A stretch of DNA of 30,002 nucleotides from assembly GCA_964409155.1 (NCBI GenBank), contig CAYPCF010000001.1, positions 4,404 to 34,405 on the forward strand, given 5' to 3'. This stretch comes from an uncultured Candidatus Saccharibacteria bacterium. Lineage in GTDB: Bacteria > Patescibacteriota > Minisyncoccia > Phycocordibacterales > UBA2100. Below are positions 1-9,147 of the stretch, in pieces. The notes below the pieces were generated by a model. That model ran no database searches. It was not told where the DNA came from and saw only the letters and a program-made list of their open reading frames with translations. The position numbers and the translations under genes were made by a program. Each line of letters opens with the position of its first letter. Within the stretch, counting starts at the first letter, position 1.

Positions 1-2
1 CT

Positions 3-173
3 CAGAGTGAAGAAAAGAAAAAAGACGCACTAAAGATGATGGTGACAAGTATTGCAATTATATTTATCATGACTACAGTTTGGGGCTTGGTCGCCCTTAT
101 ACGAAACACACTTCAGCTTGACGACAACACTAATAAAAATGTTAAAATGCCGGTGGTGGTCCCACTGAGATAG
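3..173 (+). CDS. 3' part of a TrbC/VirB2-like (CPR T4SS-pilin family) membrane protein, truncated by the window edge
   Basis: Frame 3 reads QSEEKKKDALKMMVTSIAIIFIMTTVWGLVALIRNTLQLDDNTNKNVKMPVVVPLR* (TAG 171-173). The charged loop plus hydrophobic helix mirrors the downstream ORF. Not in the ORF track because it has no start in the window. Confidence 0.65.
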   Translation, partial: QSEEKKKDALKMMVTSIAIIFIMTTVWGLVALIRNTLQLDDNTNKNVKMPVVVPLR

Positions 174-187
174 GAATATTGTGATAT

Positions 188-475
188 ATGTATACAAGTA
201 ATGATTCCATAAGCGCGCTTACGACACTCTTGCAAGAATATATATTTACACCCATAGCTTACTTGCTGTATTCTGTGGCAGTCTTGGTGTTTTTTTGGGG
301 TCTCTTTGAATTCATGCTTAGCCTTCAAGATGACAAATCTGACAAAAGAGAGAAGGGCAAAAGACACATGATATACGGAATTGTGGGATTTGTGATCATG
401 CTGGGCGTAAAAGGCATTATCAACATGATAGTGGGCGTCTTCGGTATAACTGATTTACCGGTAGATATTCAGTAA
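188..475 (+). CDS. TrbC/VirB2-like pilin family membrane protein
   Basis: Two hydrophobic helices around a charged loop (FFWGLFEFM...DKREKGKRHMIYGIVGFVIMLGV), the pattern typical of CPR pilin-like proteins. Confidence 0.7.
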   Translation: MYTSNDSISALTTLLQEYIFTPIAYLLYSVAVLVFFWGLFEFMLSLQDDKSDKREKGKRHMIYGIVGFVIMLGVKGIINMIVGVFGITDLPVDIQ

Positions 476-538
476 GACAACTCTGCCTTGACATTTTACA
501 ATTCTTGGGTTTGTGTGTATTCTATGTAGCTACACATC

Positions 539-567
539 TTGATTTGTTCCACAAGAGGGTGTATAAT
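539..567 (+). promoter_or_regulatory. sigma70-type promoter for clpB
   Basis: TTGATT (539-544), 17 nt, TATAAT (562-567). Confidence 0.65.
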
Positions 568-603
568 TGTAACATTATAAATCTTAGTTAATAAAAATTG
601 CCT

Positions 604-3195
604 ATGCCAAACTTAGATAAACTAACGGAGAAATCAGCAGAAGCTCTACAGGTTGCAATAGAAACCGCTTCCAGATCAGGGCATGCGCAAGCGCTTCCTT
701 TGCACTTGCTCGCAGCACTACTTCTGCAAAAAAACACAGCGGCGAATCTCGCGCTTGAAAAAATCGCGGGAGACTTGTCCAAGATAGAAGAGGCTTTACA
801 AAAGGAGCTTTCTCTTATACCTTCTGCGCAGGGCACACAAACCGCAATGTCAAGAGAGCTGGCTGAAGTGATGCAAAATGCAGAATCTGTCGCCAAATCA
901 ATGGGAGATGAATTCGTAAGCACTGAGCATCTCTTGCTATCCATATTGGAGAACAAAAACAAAGCGCAAGATATCCTGAACTCTCATGGAGTAGACAAGA
1001 AAAGCACACTAAAGTCCATACAAGAAATACGCGGCAACAATAAAGTTGACAGTCGCAATCCTGAAAACAAATATCAAGTCCTTGAAAAATACGGGACTGA
1101 TTTTACTGAATTGGCTAAAAAAGGCGAGCTTGACCCCGTAATAGGCAGAGACGAAGAAATACGACGCGTAATGGAAGTCTTGTCGCGAAGAACAAAAAAC
1201 AACCCGGTTCTCATAGGAGATCCGGGAGTGGGTAAAACCGCCATAGTAGAAGGTTTGGCGCAACGCATAAGCAATGGAGATGTTCCAGACTCACTAAGAC
1301 ACAAGAGAATTATTTCTCTTGAAGTTGGAGCCTTGTTGGCAGGTGCTAAATTCAGAGGAGAGTTTGAAGAACGCCTAAAAGCGGTAATGAAAGAAGTGGA
1401 AGACTCTGCTGGAGAGATTATCCTGTTTATAGATGAATTGCACACCATAGTTGGCGCAGGCGGATCAGAAGGCGCAGTAGATGCCGGAAATATGCTCAAG
1501 CCATTGCTTGCAAGAGGGAAGTTACATATGATAGGCGCTACGACACTTGATGAGTATAGAAAATACATAGAAAAGGACGCGGCTTTAGAAAGACGTTTTC
1601 AAAAAGTATTTATCGGGGAGCCTTCTTTAGAAGATACCATATCCATTCTGCGTGGACTAAAAGAAAAGTATGAGCTCCATCATGGTATCAAAATAACCGA
1701 CCCTGCAATAATTGCCGCAGCAAAACTATCCACCCGATATATTACAGACAGGTTCCTACCTGACAAAGCTATAGACTTACTGGATGAGGCGGCAGCAGGA
1801 CTCAAAATAGAAGCAGAGAGCCAGCCGGCAGAATTGGACAAACTACACCGGCAAATACAACAGTTAGAAATAGAACTGGCAGCCCTTGAAAAAGAAAAAG
1901 ATGAAAAATCTAAATTAAGAAAATCAGAGGTTCTCAAGAAACTCTCATCACTTAAAGAAGAATATAACGCGAAGAAATCTCGTTGGGAGAAAGAGCGCGA
2001 CATGGTCCAAAAGATCCGAGATTTGTCAGAAGAGCTTGAAAAGTTGCAAATAGAAAAAGAACAAGCGCAAAGAGAAGGTGAGTATGAGAAAGCGGCGGAA
2101 ATTCAATATGCAAAAATCCCGGAAACTGAGAAGAAGATTAAAGAACTGCAAGCTGAACTGGACAAGATTCCTCAAAACGAAAGATTTATCAGAGAGGAAG
2201 TTACAGAAGAAGATATAGCCAAGGTTGTATCGCGTTGGACAGGTATCCCTATAACCAAACTCATGGAATCAGAAGCACAAAAACTTGCAAAACTTGAAGA
2301 CGAACTACACAAATATGTAGTAGGACAAGATGAGGCAATAGATGCTGTCGCAAGAGCAATACGACGCGCGCGCGCCGGGCTGAAAGCCGGACAAGGTCCC
2401 ATTGGCTCTTTCTTGTTCCTCGGACCTACCGGAGTAGGTAAAACAGAGTTGGCAAGAGCTTTATCTGACATACTCTTTGATAGCAAAAAAGCCATGATAC
2501 GCCTTGATATGTCAGAGTATATGGAAAAACATTCCGTATCAAAACTCATAGGCGCACCTCCGGGATATGTAGGGCATGGAGAAGGGGGGCAACTAACAGA
2601 ACCTGTAAGACGCAGGCCTTACTCTGTTATCCTTTTGGATGAGATAGAGAAAGCACACCCGGATGTGTTTAATATATTGTTGCAAGTCTTGGAAGATGGA
2701 CGGCTTACAGACTCACAAGGAAGGACGGTAAACTTCTCAAATACCATTATTATCATGACTTCAAACATGGGCTCCACACTCATTGCAGACTGGGACGGCA
2801 AAGACGAAAAGAAATTGAGGCACGATGTAATGGAGGTCGTAAATAAAAACATGCGCCCTGAACTGCTGAACCGTATAGATGAGATAGTCATATTCCACAG
2901 AATAGACAAAGAAACTCTTGAGAAGATATTGGACATACGTCTAAAGGAAACAGAGGAACTGTTAAAAGAAGAGAAAGGTATCACCTTAAAGTTAGATAAA
3001 TCAGCAAGAGAATTTCTACTTAAAGAGGGCTATGACCCCGTATTTGGAGCGCGACCCTTGAAAAGAGCTATACAACGTCACCTATTGGATGAATTAGCTA
3101 TGGAGATTATAGAAGGGAAGATAAAAGAGGGCTCAGAGGTAGATGTTTCCTACAACAAAAAAACGGGAAAGCTTAGCTTTAAGCTTGCTAAATAA
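604..3195 (+). CDS. clpB: ATP-dependent disaggregase ClpB
   Basis: Clp-N domain, two Walker A motifs ([16 protein letters not shown]), FIDELH and [14 protein letters not shown] Walker B regions, coiled-coil middle domain, [16 protein letters not shown] at 604 preferred over TTG at 598. Confidence 0.97.
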   Translation: MPNLDKLTEKSAEALQVAIETASRSGHAQALPLHLLAALLLQKNTAANLALEKIAGDLSKIEEALQKELSLIPSAQGTQTAMSRELAEVMQNAESVAKSMGDEFVSTEHLLLSILENKNKAQDILNSHGVDKKSTLKSIQEIRGNNKVDSRNPENKYQVLEKYGTDFTELAKKGELDPVIGRDEEIRRVMEVLSRRTKNNPVLIGDPGVGKTAIVEGLAQRISNGDVPDSLRHKRIISLEVGALLAGAKFRGEFEERLKAVMKEVEDSAGEIILFIDELHTIVGAGGSEGAVDAGNMLKPLLARGKLHMIGATTLDEYRKYIEKDAALERRFQKVFIGEPSLEDTISILRGLKEKYELHHGIKITDPAIIAAAKLSTRYITDRFLPDKAIDLLDEAAAGLKIEAESQPAELDKLHRQIQQLEIELAALEKEKDEKSKLRKSEVLKKLSSLKEEYNAKKSRWEKERDMVQKIRDLSEELEKLQIEKEQAQREGEYEKAAEIQYAKIPETEKKIKELQAELDKIPQNERFIREEVTEEDIAKVVSRWTGIPITKLMESEAQKLAKLEDELHKYVVGQDEAIDAVARAIRRARAGLKAGQGPIGSFLFLGPTGVGKTELARALSDILFDSKKAMIRLDMSEYMEKHSVSKLIGAPPGYVGHGEGGQLTEPVRRRPYSVILLDEIEKAHPDVFNILLQVLEDGRLTDSQGRTVNFSNTIIIMTSNMGSTLIADWDGKDEKKLRHDVMEVVNKNMRPELLNRIDEIVIFHRIDKETLEKILDIRLKETEELLKEEKGITLKLDKSAREFLLKEGYDPVFGARPLKRAIQRHLLDELAMEIIEGKIKEGSEVDVSYNKKTGKLSFKLAK

Positions 3196-3230
3196 ATCAT
3201 TTTAGTGCGCAGGGTACTGAGTTCTTAGAT

Positions 3231-3261
3231 AAGGCGTGGCAGGCTTCGCCTGCCACGCCTT
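3231..3261. repeat. Perfect 14-bp GC-rich hairpin between clpB and queA
   Basis: AAGGCGTGGCAGGC-TTC-GCCTGCCACGCCTT, with no U-tract on either side. Confidence 0.85.
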
Positions 3262-3304
3262 GCACCTAAATACAACCCGGCAGTAATCACAAACTTATCT
3301 TGCC

Positions 3305-3335
3305 TTGTCAAAGGTGCCAATTTTAGTATTATAAT
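3305..3335 (+). promoter_or_regulatory. Putative promoter abutting the queA start (leaderless-type)
   Basis: TTGTCA (3305-3310), 16 nt, TATTAT (3327-3332; overlapping TATAAT 3330-3335), 6 nt, ATG 3339. No SD. Confidence 0.55.
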
Positions 3336-3338
3336 GCC

Positions 3339-4373
3339 ATGAAGCTATCAGATTTTGACTATTATTTGCCGGAGGAGCTGATTGCACAGAGCCCACTTGA
3401 AAAACGAGATGCGTCAAAACTCTTGGTATTAGATCGCAAGACGGGAAATATTGAACACAAGAATTTCTCAGATATAGGTCAATTTTTTACAGGCAATGAA
3501 GTCTTGGTGCGTAACAATACCCGAGTTTTACCCGCGCGCCTTTTTGGAACAAAAGATAGCGGGGCTGCGATAGAGCTGCTGTTGCTTAAAAAACTAAGCA
3601 TGCAAGACAACTCTGTGATATACGAGGCGCTTGCCAAACCTGCGCGGCGCATGAAGCTCGGATCTTGTATCACATTCAAAAAAGATGTCCTGACAGCAAA
3701 AGTTCTGGAGCGGAGAAAAGAGACTGTGTTAGTGAAATTCTATTTCTCCGGTATCTTTGAGGAAGTTCTGAGTGCGTTAGGGGAGGTGCCATTGCCTAAA
3801 TATATAAAAAGCAAACTGGAAGACGCAGACAGATACCAAACGATATACGCCAAACAAGGAGCTTCTGCAGCCGCTCCTACTGCCGGTCTGCATTTTACTG
3901 AAAATATATTTCAATCACTGCAAGACAAAGGAGTGGAGATACTTGATATCAACTTAGATGTTGGCTTGGGCACTTTTGCCCCGATTAGAACAGAAAAGCT
4001 TAGCGAACACCAAATGCACTCTGAAACATTTAATATAACAAAAACGGTAGCAGACAAGATTAATACAGCGAAAAAAACGGGGAGACCAATAGTTGCACTG
4101 GGCACAACCACCACAAGAGCATTGGAAAGTGCATGGCAAAACGGCAAACTTAACCATGGTGATTTTGAAACAGATATTTTTATAAAACCCGGATATAAGT
4201 TCAATGTCATAGATGAGCTCATCACAAATTTCCATTTGCCCAAATCCACTTTGCTTATGTTAGTCTCGGCTTTTGCGGGGAGAAAAAACATACTACGCGC
4301 CTACAATGAAGCGGTAAAACTAAGATATCGCTTCTTCTCTTTTGGAGATGCCATGTTAATAACTACAAAGTAG
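3339..4373 (+). CDS. queA: S-adenosylmethionine:tRNA ribosyltransferase-isomerase QueA
   Basis: FDYYLPEELIAQ, YQTIYA, AAAPTAGLHFT, VGLGTF, GTTTTRALES, TNFHLPKSTL, YRFFSFGDAMLI. Confidence 0.97.
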   Translation: MKLSDFDYYLPEELIAQSPLEKRDASKLLVLDRKTGNIEHKNFSDIGQFFTGNEVLVRNNTRVLPARLFGTKDSGAAIELLLLKKLSMQDNSVIYEALAKPARRMKLGSCITFKKDVLTAKVLERRKETVLVKFYFSGIFEEVLSALGEVPLPKYIKSKLEDADRYQTIYAKQGASAAAPTAGLHFTENIFQSLQDKGVEILDINLDVGLGTFAPIRTEKLSEHQMHSETFNITKTVADKINTAKKTGRPIVALGTTTTRALESAWQNGKLNHGDFETDIFIKPGYKFNVIDELITNFHLPKSTLLMLVSAFAGRKNILRAYNEAVKLRYRFFSFGDAMLITTK

Positions 4374-4399
4374 ACATTTTGCATAATACTTGATATAAT
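4371..4399 (+). promoter_or_regulatory. sigma70-type promoter for the SPFH gene
   Basis: TAGACA (4371-4376), 17 nt, TATAAT (4394-4399), with an extended TGn. Confidence 0.65.
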
Positions 4400-4433
4400 C
4401 ATAGCATTATTAAGATAATTTAAAAAACGAACT

Positions 4434-5186
4434 ATGATAACAACAATTGGTATTATATTATTTTTTGGCATTCTTTTCATGTTAAAGCAGATTAACCAAT
4501 ATCAACGCGGAGTAATGTTTACCATGGGAAGATTTACAGGAGTAAAAAATCCCGGTTGGAGACTTGTCATCCCAATATTACAGTCAATGGTCAAAGTTGA
4601 CATGCGCACCAAGGCGGTTGATGTCCCGCAACAACAAGCCATTACAAAGGACAATATATCTGTTGGTGTAAACGCAGTGATTTATTACAAAGTTAATGAC
4701 GCGTCAAAGGCCATTTTAAATGTTGAGGATTTCTACTACGCCATCAGCCAACTTGCGCAAACCACCATGCGAAATGTAGTGGGGGAGGTGGAGCTTGATG
4801 AGCTACTTGCCGGAAGAGAAAAGATCAGTGAGAGGATCAGAGAAATCGTTGACAAGGCCTCAGATGAATGGGGTCTCAAGGTAGAGAATGTGGAGCTCAA
4901 AGATGTAGTCTTACCTGAAGACATGGAAAGAACAATTGCAAAACAAGCGGAAGCCGAAAGAGAAAAACGCGCCGTAATCATCAAAGCGGAAGGTGAAAAG
5001 ATAGCCGCAAAAAATATGGCAGAAGCTGCCGAAATGCTCAACGCCGCGCCGGGGGCGCTACATTTGCGCACTTTGCAATCAATAAATGATTTATCATCAG
5101 ACCAGAGCAACACCGTCATATTCGCAGTCCCAATAGAAGTGCTAAGAGCAATAGAAAGCGTTAAAGATTCACTTTCTAAAAAGTAA
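4434..5186 (+). CDS. SPFH/band 7 (stomatin/slipin) family membrane protein
   Basis: N-terminal TM helix, YQRGVMFTMGR, ITKDNISVGVNAVIY, AQTTMRNVVG, WGLKVENVELKD, AKQAEAEREKRA, ALHLRTLQ. Confidence 0.93.
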   Translation: MITTIGIILFFGILFMLKQINQYQRGVMFTMGRFTGVKNPGWRLVIPILQSMVKVDMRTKAVDVPQQQAITKDNISVGVNAVIYYKVNDASKAILNVEDFYYAISQLAQTTMRNVVGEVELDELLAGREKISERIREIVDKASDEWGLKVENVELKDVVLPEDMERTIAKQAEAEREKRAVIIKAEGEKIAAKNMAEAAEMLNAAPGALHLRTLQSINDLSSDQSNTVIFAVPIEVLRAIESVKDSLSKK

Positions 5187-5190
5187 AACC

Positions 5191-5688
5191 ATGCAACAAA
5201 CACAAAATGTCTTAAGAATAGTCAAGCCCGAGCCTGACTCTGATGATTGGTGGAAGCTTAAGGACCGTATTTGGACTTTTCTGGATCGGCACGACAAGAT
5301 GATTCTTGGATATACAAACAATCTCGGTGAGCCGGTTCAAAGCCTGATGCTTTATACGGTAAATGATGATATGGATTTATTCATTGGGACACTCAAACGC
5401 TTCCCAAAATATGAAGCCTTGGTGCAAAATCCACCATTGTCAGTTGTCGTGCAAGGAGAAGGTGAACGGGAAAAACTTCAAGCTCTTACAATAAAAGCTG
5501 TAGTGCTTGAGGAAATATCCGAACAGGACAGCTTAGCCGAGCTAAAAGATTGGTTTGTAAGCAAAAATTCATGTAAATACTTCATCAAAGACCAAGAAGA
5601 TTTCGTAATGTTTAAAATAAAACCATTAAGCCTGCGCCTGATAGAAGGGGTAAATGATAGCTTGGTAAGATATGATATAAATTTATAG
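5191..5688 (+). CDS. Pyridoxamine 5'-phosphate oxidase-like (FMN split-barrel) protein
   Basis: LFIGTLKRFPKYEALVQNPPLSVVV resembles the family T...K..N...NP.VS motif; C-terminal FKIKP strand; 4 nt after the SPFH stop. Confidence 0.6.
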   Translation: MQQTQNVLRIVKPEPDSDDWWKLKDRIWTFLDRHDKMILGYTNNLGEPVQSLMLYTVNDDMDLFIGTLKRFPKYEALVQNPPLSVVVQGEGEREKLQALTIKAVVLEEISEQDSLAELKDWFVSKNSCKYFIKDQEDFVMFKIKPLSLRLIEGVNDSLVRYDINL

Positions 5689-5698
5689 ACTTATCCAT

Positions 5699-8600
5699 AT
5701 GGAGAACGGACTTGCGGAAAAACCATCCTTTAAATTGGGAGGATTGCGCGAAATTGTGAAAAAAGTGTTAGGAGTCCCGCGTATCTTAGGCTTGAGTGTT
5801 TTACTTGCTATTCCCGGGGTAAATCCTGCTTCAGCAGACAGTGAGGTGGAGCTCAAATCAACCCAAGTGCAACCTGAAGAACCCAGCAAACTTAACAATC
5901 TTAAATATGATTATGCTATCAGTAAATTTACCGCTTTGCCCACCATTGAGCGCATGGCGAAAAATCCATTGCAAAGAAAATTGCTGTATTACATACCAAA
6001 AATAGCATTAAATGATAATCCGTATAATCTGTCCACTTCCCTTGAAGTTGGCGCTGATAATCCACATATTTTACTAGGGATCAATATAAAAACCATAGAT
6101 GAGGAACGTGCGCTTGAAGATTATATAATATCAAATATTGAGAGTCCTAACATAAAGAAGTTGATTAACTTTATCTATATGTCTCAAGAGATTGATGCTG
6201 TTCAGAGCAATTTTATTCATTTAGATGATCAAGGGCAAGAAGAAACTGACCCTCTTACTTTATTAGAGAAAACTATAATAAAAAGTGAAGATAAAATAAA
6301 AACTTTTCTTCATGAGAACTTAGATGAAAATGATTTTAAATTACCTCGATCAATACTTTATGCATATCTGGAAAGGCACCCGGGGCAAATTAAAGAAAAT
6401 CGTGAAAAAATTATAAAGTTTATCGAGAATGATAACAGTGGTGCCGCGCTTCATTTTTTGTTCTATATTATGAAGCAGCCGGATCTTAGTATCAAACTCA
6501 GCTTGTTCTCCTCACTTAATGAATTCTCTCGCTTATTAATGCAAAAAGCGAAAGACAACAAAGAATTTTTCTGGTTATACATGTCTACCGTGAGAACAAA
6601 TTTCTCAATGGATGAAAAAGATAGGGATAATATAGAAAGACTTATAACAAATAGAGATTTTTATAATTCATTGGGAAATGATTTTGATTGGTCGGATTAT
6701 ATAAAAGGTAATAACCGCGAGCAGAAAGGGGTTAATATAATGTTCGCTTTTGGATATTCAAATATTATGAGCGAAGGTTCTGCAATTCCGGTTGGCACAA
6801 CTTTAGATAGGCAAATTAACAAATTGGTCGGGGACAATTGGATATTTATGAAAAATGACCCCGGTTTTAAGATGTTACTCAACAATCCAAAATTTCCATC
6901 GAAATTACCCATGGAAACACAATTCAAATTAGCCAAAATAAGTGAACAAAAAATCTTACAAGGCACGAAAGAGCATTTGTATCATAAAATTTACAGTTCT
7001 TTGCTTTCTCACTCTAATTTTATTAGTACTTATTTTTTAAATGAAATTACTCCCAAAAAACAAGTTGACTTGTTGAGAAAAATAGATTCCACACAATTGT
7101 GGCATATAATGTTTAGACTAGACATGCGCTCATTACCCATCGTCAAATACTCTCTGGGTAAGAATCAATTATTAGAACACTTAAAACCTTCAGATTTTTA
7201 CAGCGGTTTGAAATCAGAAGATGGCGCGGCAAGATTTCTTATGCGCTTTATTCTAAGAGCTACAGAGGTACAACTCCCTAATGAGAACCATTTATATAAT
7301 ATGGTGCGTAATTTCCTTAAAGAGGAGGAAGGGGAAGATGCTAAAATGGTTGACAAAGCTTTGATACATCTAAAAACGCAGCTATATTTTCATAATTCAA
7401 AAGGTGGGTGGGAAAACAGAGAAAAAATAATAAAATTGATATCTCATGAACATCGTCTTAGACTACTTAAATTATCCGCCACAGATAGACCTCTAACACA
7501 TGCAAGCTATATTGAAAGAAATTACAACAATCTTCCGCAAGAAGATATAGATGCAGCCATAAATGGTCTTAAAACATTTGTATTGAATGCATTATCAGGT
7601 AACGCCGGAGACTACCAATACAATAAGGTGATGCGTGTTATAAACCATCTACACCCATCCAAACTAAGTAAATATCGTGGAGAGATTATCAGCTTATTGA
7701 GCCCAAAACAACGCTACGCTTTGAGTGTATACGGCGCGGAGGAATTATTTACATCCACTTCAACTTATGTAAGTTATTTATTCCCGGCGATAATGAAAGA
7801 TATACAAAAATATGGATTACAAAGATATATACAATTAGTTGATAAAAATAATCAGCTACTCGGGAGGTTTCTTACCGTTGCCGCACGCTACGGTAAACTA
7901 AGTCTGTTGTTTAAGGATTTCTCATTTAATAATATGAGTGATATTGTCAAAGACATGTTAAAAAACATAAATGCGGATACTGCACTTGCAACGGTGGAAA
8001 TCTTTAAATTGCTTGCAGATAACCAAAGCGATACAGAAAAGCTACTTTCCGATCTGTATGATTTAGACGCACAATTACAAAACAATGGTAACATGGTAGG
8101 GGAGAGGCTTCTGGAGAGTGTTGTTTCTCTAATTTATAACTCTTCAATCAAAAAGAATGCGTCCACCTATAACAAAAAACTTAGAGCATGGCTTCAGAAG
8201 TGTTCAGAACGAGAACATATTTTTATACCTAACACGATATCTTTTGACAAATTATATTTGCAAGAAGGGGACAAAATGGTACATAGACAATTGTGGTTAT
8301 TTTTTGAAGGAGGTGACAAAGACGGGATAGCATCAAGATGGAGTGCCGAGACTCAACTTCGAAAAGCCGGTTTCAAATTTAAGACTTTAAAAGATGATAC
8401 TCGTTTGGCCACCAAATCAACAGGGAATAAAGTAGTTGAGATATATCTGAGTAATATTATTGATGTTCATAATATAGAACATGCATCAGATTCTGTTTCG
8501 CCAACTGTCATGAATTTAATACATGGCTCAGATAAAAAGTTCCAGGTTCTAAGTTATAGAGGGCATAGTACATACATACCAAATCTTTCAGACTTTTTAA

Positions 8601-8962
8601 GTAAGTCATTAAATAAAGCACATCCATTATCTATAATAAACCTTGGGAGTTGTGGTGGGGTATCAAGTATTCGCCGAGTTGATAAATCCATATCTCAAGA
8701 TGTATCCGCATGGATAGGTACGCAAGCTACCGGAACAGCGGAGATAAATGATTTGATTTTATCTAATATGGCCACATTTATATCTCATATAGAACCGGGA
8801 CAAGAATTAAATTTTAAAATTCTAAAACAAAAAATAGATGAGCATGTCCCTCGAGGACTTAGAAATAAATGGAGAGGGTATAAATTCCCACATGAAAACA
8901 TACCGGCTATATTAACAATGCATTTCAACAGAATTAAAACCAACAGGAGTAACAAACCTTAA
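5699..8962 (+). CDS. Large hypothetical protein (1087 aa) with probable signal peptide and C-terminal putative cysteine-peptidase-like domain
   Basis: Uninterrupted AT-rich ORF; hydrophobic segment ILGLSVLLAIPGVNPASA; motifs LSYRGHS (H956) and INLGSCGG (C985). Confidence 0.8.
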   Translation: MENGLAEKPSFKLGGLREIVKKVLGVPRILGLSVLLAIPGVNPASADSEVELKSTQVQPEEPSKLNNLKYDYAISKFTALPTIERMAKNPLQRKLLYYIPKIALNDNPYNLSTSLEVGADNPHILLGINIKTIDEERALEDYIISNIESPNIKKLINFIYMSQEIDAVQSNFIHLDDQGQEETDPLTLLEKTIIKSEDKIKTFLHENLDENDFKLPRSILYAYLERHPGQIKENREKIIKFIENDNSGAALHFLFYIMKQPDLSIKLSLFSSLNEFSRLLMQKAKDNKEFFWLYMSTVRTNFSMDEKDRDNIERLITNRDFYNSLGNDFDWSDYIKGNNREQKGVNIMFAFGYSNIMSEGSAIPVGTTLDRQINKLVGDNWIFMKNDPGFKMLLNNPKFPSKLPMETQFKLAKISEQKILQGTKEHLYHKIYSSLLSHSNFISTYFLNEITPKKQVDLLRKIDSTQLWHIMFRLDMRSLPIVKYSLGKNQLLEHLKPSDFYSGLKSEDGAARFLMRFILRATEVQLPNENHLYNMVRNFLKEEEGEDAKMVDKALIHLKTQLYFHNSKGGWENREKIIKLISHEHRLRLLKLSATDRPLTHASYIERNYNNLPQEDIDAAINGLKTFVLNALSGNAGDYQYNKVMRVINHLHPSKLSKYRGEIISLLSPKQRYALSVYGAEELFTSTSTYVSYLFPAIMKDIQKYGLQRYIQLVDKNNQLLGRFLTVAARYGKLSLLFKDFSFNNMSDIVKDMLKNINADTALATVEIFKLLADNQSDTEKLLSDLYDLDAQLQNNGNMVGERLLESVVSLIYNSSIKKNASTYNKKLRAWLQKCSEREHIFIPNTISFDKLYLQEGDKMVHRQLWLFFEGGDKDGIASRWSAETQLRKAGFKFKTLKDDTRLATKSTGNKVVEIYLSNIIDVHNIEHASDSVSPTVMNLIHGSDKKFQVLSYRGHSTYIPNLSDFLSKSLNKAHPLSIINLGSCGGVSSIRRVDKSISQDVSAWIGTQATGTAEINDLILSNMATFISHIEPGQELNFKILKQKIDEHVPRGLRNKWRGYKFPHENIPAILTMHFNRIKTNRSNKP

Positions 8963-9059
8963 ATTAGAGATGCCGATATCACATAACTTATTTATAGACT
9001 TCCTAAATTGGGCAGGCAGGATAAGGAAAGGATAGGATATTTATATATAAAATATTATA

Positions 9060-9087
9060 GAGTCGCACAATATACCTTTTGCGACTC
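9060..9087. other. dif-like tyrosine-recombinase site (11-6-11 inverted arms)
   Basis: GAGTCGCACAA-TATACC-TTTTGCGACTC; arms are 10/11 inverted complements, extended by TATA on both sides; lies at the + to - gene-orientation switch. Confidence 0.5.
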
Positions 9088-9147
9088 TATATACTATATA
9101 TCGTATACAAATAATACTTGTTGGCATAACAACTACCCATATCTGCC

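Noticed and set aside
488-536. TTGACA at 488-493 and palindrome TGTAGCTACA at 525-534 upstream of clpB as a second promoter or heat-shock operator
   Set aside because: No -10 at 16-18 nt from TTGACA. The palindrome does not match CIRCE, CtsR or HAIR, and a 10-bp palindrome is expected by chance.
588-2984. Several minus-strand ORFs of 64-164 aa inside clpB
   Set aside because: Antisense shadows of a strongly conserved gene, with no recognisable motifs.
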